From Phoronis australis (taxonomy: Eukaryota; Animalia; Phoronida), in the NCBI GenBank assembly GCA_002633005.1, contig NMRA01000108.1, positions 163,911 through 227,910 on the forward strand: DNA of 64,000 nucleotides, read 5' to 3'. Positions 31,801 to 43,800 of the stretch are shown piece after piece. The notes under the pieces were generated by a model. It was not told the DNA's origin, did no database searches, and saw only the letters and a list, made by a program, of their open reading frames with translations. Each line of letters begins with the position of its first letter. The first letter of the stretch is position 1. The translations under genes and the position numbers were made by a program.

Positions 31801-34800
31801 TACTCCCAAAGGGAAAGTAGAATGGTTATAAAATGTAATGAGACAACTGTTCTAAGTGTATAAAAATCCCGCTTCAAGCACCTTTTTGAAAAAGAGCAGT
31901 ACATATAATTAATCCCAGGCTTTGCTAGTCTGCTTTTTATTAATACCATCTAAAAATCCACAATGAATAACCCACTTTTAAATACGGTTTATGCATTTTC
32001 TTTGACCCCATGCCATATGTAAATTCAGTACTTTTCAGATGTCGGGGTTGGGGAGACACTTGGCAAAGTTCCCGCACCCATGCACAAATGCCATGCCTGT
32101 ATACTGTAAATTTCTAGATCGTTGCCAAAATTACAAAATTGTCTGTAGATATTATGAACAGACTGCGAGTTCATGCTCCTCATTGTGAATAGCACAAGCG
32201 CTATATCTTGCTTATTTTACCAACGCGACATTTTTATAGGCAAATTTTTTTATGAAACTGTGTTTTATGAGGTCTCTACCTGTAGCCGACCCTTTGTTTG
32301 TAAATACTTAATTTACCAATGGGTAACATGTCTCACCGCATGAAGAGATGTCCTTGACTTTAATCAAGGTATCCCTTGAGTATATTTTGTTAAGGACATA
32401 ATTAGAGGATAAAGCAGATACATTTTAGTGAATATCAAGGTGACAGCTGGGACTTTTGTCCGTATCCAATATTGAGTAGTTCATATGGTTATGAAAGTTG
32501 TCCTGAACTAAGCATTTCCTAGTTTTCAGTTTAGTATGCCACCCAACAGAAGCACATTGCCAGGACATGTTCTAGGAAGTGAATAAAAGACCAGCTATGC
32601 AACCACTGACAGCTGACTATCAAACTTTACAAATAAAAGTCATGGGATCACAATTTTATACCCAATCCGTGGCAAAAATTTGCTTCCATGAAGATTAATT
32701 TGAATTGCATTTGATTCACGATTTCATTGCTTGCAGTTGTCTTATTTGAGTTGTGGAAGACCGTGTGCAGTAAATTAAGTTATAGCGTCCTAGTTACCAT
32801 TCTGTAAGTTTTCCGATGTTGTGTGGCTGCACTTGATTAACTTTGCAGTTTCCGCCTAGTCACCATACTAAGACATCCGATTGGTCTGTAATCCGGAACC
32901 GTCAGATGTATTAGCCGGTCTACCCGGGAAACCAGCGAAGTCAATTGAATGCAACCTGTGTGTATTCAGTCACGTGTTCATAGTGTTCTCCCATCTTAAG
33001 GTTGCAGTCAGTGGCTGACGAGCATGAAAAACAGCTGGAGGCTGCTGCAGAGCGCGCCGCTAATGCCCGCAAACAATCGTCAGGGTTGCAGAGTCAGGTG
33101 GCCATGTTACAGTAAGTACATCTGTGTGCGGTCAAAAAGATGTGATGAGTAATTCTTCGTATCAAAATGTTGAGGAATGCTTTAAAACGTTCTGTTGGAT
33201 AAATTTTGTTCTATGGCCAGGCAGTGCTGTCTTTTCGTGTAGTTCGAATTTGCTAGCACGTCAGAGATGTAGTTCTCTCCAAAAGTTGCTGGACAAAGTG
33301 ACCCAGAATTACATGTCAAGATGGCTGGGTGTGTTCGGAATTCATCGCCATAGTATACATGCATCACGATCGGGAATAACGAGGAACAGATACTAGTTTT
33401 GCCATGATGATTACTCATTCCCTGTCCTTTTTCACTGTCACCAGAATTAGCCATTGCGACATGAATTGATCCGTCTTCAAACAAATAAAGAGATATTTTG
33501 AAGCAACAAGTTTTATTGCTGATGAAAGACATTGTTTAATTATTTTTCGCCTTGATTTTAGCACAGACTACATTTTATTCCTGCTCTGGTTGACATTGAG
33601 ACCTTTTGCCACATTTCTCCTATTCCGCATTTCTTTTTCCTTAGCACTTAGTTACTGTTCACTTGTTCATGTTCCATCATAATTCCAGAGATCAGTTGGC
33701 CAACTTAGAAAAGATTAAAGATGAAGAAATTAAGGTGCTGGAGACAAAGGTAGAGGAATCCAGGTGTGAGGCTGAGAAGGACAGACAGGGTTGGAGGGAC
33801 AAGGTGAGTGGGCGTCCAGCATTTAGTTAAGGCACAGAAGCCTGGGATGTATTAAAAAAAAGTAACTCCGTGTTTCCCGTGTGGAAAAAACTGGGCGGCC
33901 TGCCACACTCGTTTTTGGCCCCCACCACCTAATGTTTTTGAGAAAACTTTACCACCACGCAGAATCTAGTAAAAATGAATACACAGTACGCAAATTGCAT
34001 AGTTATTGCAGTCAATGGTTGATTCATTTTTTGACCGAAGATGATTCATGCAATTTGCTCGACTGAGTTGAGTAAATTTCAGTGTTTATATTTTACAGCG
34101 TAGTGGACTAGAGTTTGGACTAGACCAGGTACAGAGAGAACTTACGGAAATGAGGAGTGAGCGGGACGAAGCAATACGCAATATGGCTGCCTGGGAAACC
34201 AGAGTGGCGCACTACGAGGTATGTACAACCACATAGACAATCAAAAGTTTGTTTTTTTTCAAATGGAAAAAGTTGTATTTTTACATCTTTTAATCTGCAT
34301 TGACAACTTTTTGGTAGACATATGTGTGCACCTTAACTTTAAATTTCTTAAGTTTTGAATTACTTTGAATATAGTTGGTAACAACAATATAAATCAGTCT
34401 TTTAGGTACTAAACTTAAGGTATTTTCATTGTGTTAAAGGCTATGCATTTTAAAAAAGATGATAAAAAATGCTTGCTATTGAACTTCTGTTGTAGACATC
34501 CATAGAAAGACTTGAAAATGAACTTGAGTACGAACGAACAGAACAGAGAAGGCTCATTGAGAAGGATGACGAAAATAAACAGAAATGTTCAGATTTAGAA
34601 ATTCAACTCAAGGACAAAGAGCATGAAGTGAAACGTTTGGAGCGAATGATAGATGACGTTCGTTCTGAGTGTGAGCTGCAACTAAGGAAGGAAGTTAGCA
34701 GCGTTGAAAAGACGGAAAAATTAAAAGCGGATGACAAAATCAGTATTTTGACTACGGAACTTAACGATTTAAAAGAGTCATATCGAAGGACTACCTCGGA

Positions 34801-37800
34801 GTTACAGTCAACGCAGACTGAGCTTCTAACTTTGAAAGACAGGTACGAAGAGCTGAGACTGAAGCAGGAAGGAAGTGAGGTGCGAGCTGGAGAGTTTCTG
34901 TTAGAGAAGAACAACTTGGCGGTGCAGTTGCAGGAGAAGAAAATGGAGCTACAGAAGGCCTGCGATGATAGAGATTACTACCTGAGGACTCTTGATGAGA
35001 CGTCAGAGGAACACACGCGACTTAAACTGGAGAATGACAAGCTGGCGGTGATGCTTGATGAGAAGGATAGAGCACTGATGAAGATTCGCCAGAAGAGTGA
35101 AAGCTTGTCGGAGGAGGTGGAGATCAACTCTAGACAGACTGGGGATCTGCGTGAGGAGAATGAGCGACTAACGCAGGTGAACAGAGATCACGCCACTCAG
35201 CTGGAAGAGACAAGAGTGGCGAAGGAAACGGCACTGAAGAAGCTGAAGCAAAGAGATAAGCAGATGAAGGATGTGGGATTGGAGAAGGAACGTCTGCTGA
35301 ATGAGGTGAAGGAGAAGACGGATGAAGTGGATGGGGTGACAAGGGAGCGAGACAGGATCTATCTGGAGCTGAAGGACAGTAGGTACGAGGTGGCACGGCT
35401 GACTGAGGAGAAAGATTCGCTGAAGAGGCTGCTTAGTGGGCAGGAGGGAGATCAGGAGAAGGAGAGGAACAGGTTGATGAGTAAACTCAAAGGTAAGTTG
35501 ACCGGTGCAGTGTGGTGTGAAAATAGGGTAGTTTAGTCGAAGGATGAGGTGTTGGCAGGAGGAGAGGAACTGCCTTGACTGTCTGTGCTCCACTGTAGAG
35601 TATCGTTGGGAATACCACATGTTTGTTCTATGAATTTAAGAGTTGACCTAATACTTGGTCCTCAGCTGGTAAAGTCTGCTTTTTGAAATCCGACTTCAAT
35701 CTTCTAGAAAAAAGAGAAACATTAAATTGATGCGTTTAACCTGGCCTGTTCATACTTCCTAATTCAGGAATACGTAAAATGCTAATGAGGTCAAGAATTT
35801 TAAATATGTGAATGTCAAAAGGTCAACTATCAAGTGCCTGATGGTCAACTTAAGGGAAAATGGTTGTTTTGTTTCACAAGACACAAACCACTGGTCTAGT
35901 GTAAAGTGCTACTGACGGTACGGATCTTTTTTGTCACTTATTAATTTTAAAGAAATTTGATGTTTCTGTTACCCTGTGCAATTCAGCATGTTTGTTTCTT
36001 TGCAGACACAGAACATGATCTCCGACTAGCCCGTAAGGCAATAAAAAGCAGAGAGTCAGTGGATGACAAAGGTAGCCGTTGTATGACTCATTCAAATAGT
36101 ATTTCCAGGCTGGCTAACATTAGATGACCTATGAGTGTTGGGAAGTGTTCTGGCTGTGTTATCTCAAAGAACTGTTGTAAAAATTCAGTTTATGATGCAT
36201 CGTAAGTGCTGTTTACACTAACCTTCAAAAGTTGACACAGATCAGCTGACATGGAAGAAGTTGTTCCAGTGTGTAAACGGGACTGACACGAAGCAAATTG
36301 ACACGGCGGTGACAAATTTTGCCACCCGTTTGTGAGGTAGAGCAATTTGCGCCCGAACATCTTGCTCCATGTCAATTATATGTCTAAACGCGAAACTGGG
36401 GCAAGGCGGAAAGGATCATCTCTACTGAGCTTGCCTAATGACCTACGTACGGGTTCTTTGTCTCTGCAACTCTCATCATTTGTAATCCTGCACATGTGCC
36501 ATCCAGTCTCTCCAGCCTGCAATTTCCGTCTTGCCACAGTTAGTGAGTGGCGTGTGTAAACGGCCGCTTGACACGGGTCAGTTTGCTCTATGTCAGTTGC
36601 GCCGGTCCAAAAGTTGATGTCTAAACAGGACTATAATGGATAAGTAGCACCATTTGAATTTTGTTTAATTTTAATTTGAATTCTTTCAAATATTCGTGTG
36701 GTTCAGTTGTCACTTAGAAATGTCTTCAAAGCTCTGATCATATGCAGGAAGGTAATGAGCCTACCTTTGAAAGTACAAAAATTACAAGACATCATTTAGC
36801 CATTCGCTTTCACTTTGAGCTGCGAGAGGGTAACTAGTCTTTGTTGTGGCTTAGAATTTTGCAAGTGGCTGTAAATCATGGGTGTTGTTCACACACAATA
36901 GGCCTTTTAAAATTGAGGTGCAAGGTCAATGAAAGTAGTTCTTTGTGAACCCTGCTGTTAGTCATACAACTGTCACAGTTGGACTGTGTAACTAAACACT
37001 GCCTAACAAGGGGCCTATGGTCCTGGCTGAGAAGGTTCTTTTATATCACGCTACTTATTGTTTTGAATAGCCAAGCCTGGAATGTTGTCCAAAATTTTCA
37101 CCTTTAACTCACTTCTGTTCCCTTGTCCCAATCAAGAGAATATGGACACGCAGTGTGCAAAAGGAAACACCGTTTTGGTTTCTGCTCATCTGATCTCCGC
37201 CTTCCTGGAATACCAAACATTGACTTGTCCTATGTAGAATGTCGCGATTTTTTCGATTCAGAATCAATTAGAATTTCTAGATTAAGAGTGCTTTTGTGTG
37301 CACCTTTGCTTGGCACTAGGAAGCAGCTTTTCATATTTAGGTGTGTACATGCACCCTAGTAAGACACGGCCATCACTCCATCATCACTCAAGCGGCAATA
37401 AATCTTACATTGTCTGTAAAAACCAACTTTTGATGGAGGCCACATACTGCAATGAAATTGGCCCCAGCTTGTTCCTTACAATGAATTCTTGGCTTGAGAA
37501 GAATTGATAGGATGTTATTGTTTCAGGCTTGGCCTTAATAACTTGCTCGTCATGGTAGATTTGTTTTGAATCCAAAGGCAGTGTGGCCATCTGGGGAATT
37601 AAAGACAGTTTATTGAAAACAGTTTCAGTTTGGATATAGGATAATTGATAATAACGTGATAGCATTGTTTTGGAAGAATAAATGCCTTTGTTGAAAGTTG
37701 ACGTTTTTACCTCCAGAACAAGGCTTGCAGCAGCGTTACTTTTCTCTCTGTTTCTCCAGCCATGAAAGTAGCTGACAAGATGCAGAAGGACTTAACTAGT

Positions 37801-40800
37801 AAGAGAGCTGAGGTCGACTCACTTCAAACCAAGGTCAGCTGGCTGGAAGAGTGTCTGGATACTGCCAAAAGGGTGCGTTGATAGGCATTGAATGACAATT
37901 GGTTATGAACTGCTTTTTAGATATTCAGTCAAGTGGAACATAAAATTAATGATTAACTTGTGATTTTGCATAGAAAAATGTTCATCAAAATCTAATTAAT
38001 TAAGTGTTTCATCATTTGTGAATATATCTACTAGATCCATTAAAATTTGTCTCCTATATTTTTTGAAGTGAGAAATTATCAATTTAATTCATACCACCTG
38101 TAAGTATGCGACTAACATTAGGAGACAACTGGGGCCTATTCCAAGAACTGGCTTGAGTTCATTTTTACTGAAGTCTAAGATTTGTCTCACCTTCCAAACT
38201 TTGAAACTTCCACATCCAGTAAGACAGCCACAATTAAGACAAAACTTATTTGTTCGTTAAAATCAATCAAATTAAGTCAAACTTATTATCTCTTTCTTGG
38301 ACTGGACTTGAGACAGTTTTAAGTTTTATCTTAAAATTGATGGAAATTTAAGATTTGTCTTAGCTAAGTAAGGGACCCTGGCCTGCAGATTTTCAGTCCA
38401 GGTCCTTTTCTGTCCTATTGTGTTTGCATTATAAACAACACAATTTGGTTGGGATGCAATAATCAAAAAACACCCCTGAATTATGGTAATTATATTACAT
38501 TAAGCATTTTACAATTGGTTCAAAACCATGTAACTAAATCAATTTCAGCGATTGTTGTTTTTTTTTTATTTTGGCTTGCTTGTGTTTTACAAACATGGCA
38601 GTTTTATTTGGGGTCGTTGGCAGGATGTGAGGGCACTGAAAGCAGACAATGAGAGGTTGTCGTCAGCCTTGCAGGAGGTCAAGCAGCATAGCAATGATTC
38701 ATCACAGGTGTTGGAGGAATACATCAGCCGTAACAAAGATTTGCGAGAGAAAATAGTCCGTCTAGAAACAGCACTCGAAAAGGTAGTGATGCCATCAAAT
38801 ATGGCTTAAATTTCAATTGACTTTAGATTTTATTCAACTACAATTATCATACTTTGATATAGTGGATAGTATGACCACTTTGTACATTGCATCGGCAACA
38901 TACTGTTGTCAGACCTGAAATTTGTTGATGATGATCTTTGACTTTCCATTGCACTCTTTCCTTGTGTTTCCATTTTGCTGATTAGTTAAAAAATGACACA
39001 TCCATTCCGGTCTGAGGGAGTCTCAGTTTGAAACCTGAGCCTAATTGCTCAACAAAAAAAGAAATAAGGGAAACCATTCATTTAGCGGTTGGCATCAGGT
39101 GTCCTATTCCTTTTGAAAGTATTGGCATGAAAAAATACCTCATGACTGCGTCAGTGTTCCAAAAAAACAGACCGCCACCAATTATGCTATTTCTTTGGCG
39201 CTAGCCATATGATTGCTTTGTTAATTATACTAATGACTTAGCCTTAGCCTTTTTTGGCCTTCCTTCAACTGTCTGATCTCTGGTTCTGTGAACTTTAATT
39301 CTGTTAGGCGTTTCTGCTCGTAACCTCCGAGTACTCTTACCAGCTCAAATGACTCATTTTATTAGTGAATTAATCCAAACTAGAGGTTTTGTTCCCTTTG
39401 AATTGTATACTACATTGTTCTTCATAGCTGTGCATTACACAACTTAAGGTTAAAGTGCCTGTATGAACCCACCTTCCGTCACAAGAAACAAATTTTGATT
39501 CAGACCAGTTGCTCTTAAATTGTTCTTCGGCAAAAGAAAGAATTGACAGTTCATTGTTGCTTGAGACCAGGCTCCTTGGATTGTCATGTTAACTGCTAAG
39601 CATGTCCTCAACAAATAATAAACCCAAAAATTTCCTTTAGTTTGAGTTAGGAACAGCTAATATGGGAACACTTTCTAGTAGGAATGTACCGTGGTCTAAG
39701 ACTACTTAACTTTGCTGGACTCAAAAGTTGACCAATCGCATAACACCCTTCCAGCAAACTGATATTTTACACTATGGGATTCATTGGTCAGTGTTTAATT
39801 GGGCTTTGAGTAATGTTTGATTAGGTCAAGCCTTGATGCCAGTGCATTATTTGAGGAGAAATTGTCATTCTTGAGGTTGAATTTCTTGTGATTTTACCTC
39901 ATCCTGATAAGTGAAGTGGCTTCTTGGGTAGGAAGCCATGGTGAGATCATAAATGCAGGTGATGTATTTGGAAGGAAAATTGTTGCCTGTGGTATACAAT
40001 TGCAATCATGTTTCTATGTTTGCAGTCATTTTTATTGCCTGTAGTATATGATTGCAATCATGTTTTTTGTTGCCTGTGGTACATGACTGCAATCATTTTT
40101 TCTGCTACCAAAGAAATGGTTTGCGTTGAAGTTCTTGTTTTGACAAAAAGAGTGCCTAACCCATGTTCCGTCGGCAAAATTTTTCAACAAAATTTTAGAA
40201 AATCTAATATCTTCTTCCCCAGGTATACGCAAATCCACCCCTGTGTTTGTAAAACCCCTTGTGCAGACAGCTCCCTGCACAAGCCCACCTGCATATGACC
40301 ACCCTCACTTTTCAGAATTCCACAAGAGACCATTTTCATGTAGCGCCCTTTCTGTTGATCATATTTTGCTGCTTGTCCCTGCTAGGAACAAACCATCTTG
40401 TTATTGGGTCTTGTCAATTACAAATACGTGTTACTAACGCGGTTCAACGGACAGGGCACCACATGGTAATGGTCTTGTGTAAAATCTTGGACGGGTGATG
40501 AATACGGTTGTAGCATTCTCCAACACTTAAGTTTTACTCGCACCCACCTGTTTCCAACACGGATCCACGTTTTTTACTAACCCACAGGCCGCTGTCAAGC
40601 ACGCTGCATCACAAGACCAGTTGGAGATTAAACAGCAGGAAATAGCACAGTTGAAACTGAAGCACCAATTAGAGCTCAAGGTTAGATTTGTGTGACTCAC
40701 TAGTTTACTGCCTTATGCACTGCGACAAAATGGCAAAAAGTCACAGTTGACACTAAAGCACCAATTAGAAGTCAAGGTCGTGCTAGTGTGACAATAATAT

Positions 40801-43800
40801 ACTAATTACCATCATATCTAAGTCACTGTGATAAAGCAATGCAAAGTTTCACAATTGGAACTGAAATGCTTATTAGAAGACGACGCTAGATTTGTTTAAG
40901 GCCAAAAAAAACTGGTATGTTTGTTTATATTTTCGTCTCTAAAATCATTTATTATCGGGTCTTCAGTAGTTCAGTGGTAAGGGCACTAGACCACAAATTG
41001 AGAGACCTGTGGTTCGATTATGAGTTGGGATTCCTAATTTTTCTGTGTTTATTTGTCTTCATGATATATTTCATTATTGGCCAACCTGACCGTCTAAAAA
41101 TATATTTGATTTTTTATGGTTTGATAAGTTTTAGTCATTGAATGTTATACCTCATGCATATTGTGTTGTCGATCTGGTAAATTTTGAGATACATTTTGAC
41201 GTTGTAAAATTGTTTTCGCCCACCAGTTATCAAATCTCCTCTTCTCTACGTCCATTACAGTTTTCTTGTTAACTACAAAGTGTTGCTTACTTTTCAGGAT
41301 AATCACACTTTCTATATTTTATAGTCTTTTCTAATCTGTTCTGTGCTGAACTCTCACTTTTACTTGCTTGCGTTCTTACCTCCGGCTCAGCTTATTCTAA
41401 ACCTTGTTTTTGGTACTTGGATAATGTTTCGTGCTACTTGTGTGTTGCAGGAGTTTGAACGAACCAATCAGATGGCTGCTGCTCGTAACTTACCATCGGA
41501 GCCAATCAGAACCAACAGTGGAAATCCCGGGAACTACTCCATCGACGAAGTACCCGTATCTCAGAAACCAGTCGGGGTCAGTCTTGCATTCGCCTCACTA
41601 TAGCAATGATCCCATTATTGTACTTAGTACTATTTCTTACGTGCTACTATGTTTTTGGCATTTTTTGTGAATGTAATGCATAGACAAGCTGATATGGAAA
41701 CATTTTTCTAAGATATTTAAACTTTAGTGCGGTATTATGACATATCCACAGAAAACTTTTTTGTGGTCGCATGTAGACAGCATTCTGTCCATTTGTCATC
41801 TGTTTTATCTTAAGTTTGTTTGCCCATTTATTTTCAAAAAAAAACACTTGATAGATCTGGTTGAAATTTGTGTATTACCAGCCAGATAGCCTATCCACTG
41901 AGGCTGTTAAGTGTATATTGAATGTCATGGTCAACATGTCAGGCACATCTTCAAGGTATATAACAGTATGCCGTGACATTAGTTGATTTTCAGATGGATT
42001 TTACTAACCATTGTCCACTTTGCTGGCTGTTTTAATTTTCAATAAGATGTTCATTGTCCGTCACTTTTGGTCCACATCTTTTTTCTGTTCTGCATTCACC
42101 CCCATTGAGCAAATGCTCACTGTTGAATGCTGTTTGTTTTGGTTATTTGTGTTTGCTGAGTTGTGGTGTTAATGAAGAACCAAGACATGGGTGTTTTTGT
42201 TGAGTCGTTAATCTCAGAAAAAGAGTTAACACAGAAAACGTTTTTCTTCTGTGCTTTGTTTCAGAAAAACAACTTTGGATTTAGGCCACTAACCATAAAA
42301 TGTTTTCATTTCCACCCATATTCGGTTTAGAAATGAGCTCTGACTTCTGTTAGAAGAGACAGCTCATTAGTGCTCCAGACCAGGGTCATGAAGTTTCAGG
42401 TCACAATGTGAACGTTTCAGGTCTGAAATCGAACGTTCAAGATGCTAACATGTTGGATTTGCCTGTGCAAATTTTTGTGACCAATTTCACTTCTGACTTC
42501 TGGAAAAGGGGCAGCTTTTATTGACACAAGGACGTGATTTATAAGTGCTTATGTCAAAAACGGTTGTTTTCTCCTGTAATTGTGGTGCTCTTAAATACGG
42601 TTAACTCATTGTTTGTTGAAATGAACATGACTTCACAGATTAAATTTTGCATGTAACAGTGTAACAGCTATTGAAGTGCTACACAAGATTGTGGGCCATG
42701 ACAAAAATGGTTAACTTTAAATTTCTTAGCTCATGAGTTTAACAAACACTGAACATAGCATTTGTCGGCTGTGCATAATTATAATCATACACAGCTCACA
42801 AATTTGGAAGGGTGTGGGTGTCTGTGCTTCATCAATTGTTATGATTTTGCCTCGTTTCTCCAATCATGCGACAGCCATCGCAGAATGGAGTGAACCCCCC
42901 GGCTGTTGTTGGCGAAGAGTTGAGAGCAATGTTGAATGAGGTCAAGGAGTTGATCGTTGGTCAAAACATACAAAGCAAGTCTGATAAGACAGGGTCCTCC
43001 AGGGGCAGCAGGGACTCCAGCAGAGATAGGTAGGTTAAGGGATTGGTTTTAGAACTTGACAGCCGTAGCTGTGAACATGCAGTTGAAGCATTACAGTGGC
43101 ATTTGGTTTAATTTCTGCTGCAGTTGTATTCCAACATTAACAGATATGAGTTGTGGTTAATTTTGGTGTAAATCATTTTTGAGGGAACCACCACGACTAA
43201 TGTAAGCTTTTGAACATGGTTTTTATTTTTCCTTTTTTTGTAGGTCATCTTCCAAACTGGCCTCTGAAAACTTATCAGAGCCAGAGGTAGACAGGCCCAG
43301 CAGACTGCGTGTCAAGGGGAAATCGAGAAAGCATAAACAAGGTGAGACCAGCAATGACTTTGGATTAAAGTAGTTCGGATTTCAATGTATCTGCGTACTT
43401 TTATGGAAATGTGTTGTTTTTTATGCGAGTGCGTATTGTTTGTGAAGTACAGAAAGCAAATTTAATCAAATTTGATTCTCCTTCCTGATAAACCTTGGTA
43501 CTTTGAATTTATTATTTTCAGTTGCAAAGCTTTTGCTAAGCTTCAGTTCATAATTTGTTTTTACTTTTTGGTGTTTGTAACTTACAAAATTTAGCAATTG
43601 AAAGTTTTTTCAAATTCGTCGTTTCTCGGTAGCACTGTATTCTTGGTTGACACTGTGTGTTATACAACTTTCTCTTTTCCCTGTAGAAAATGTTCCTTCC
43701 TTCCCCCACTCCCGCATTCCACCGCTGTGGACGTCTTCTCCTACACCAACTCCCTCTGTGGCCAGTACTTCAAAACACGGGACAAGGTGCCGATCGCCTG

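Noticed and set aside
34603-35620. Minus-strand ORFs of 88-150 aa
   Set aside because: Antisense shadows of the large coiled-coil exon.
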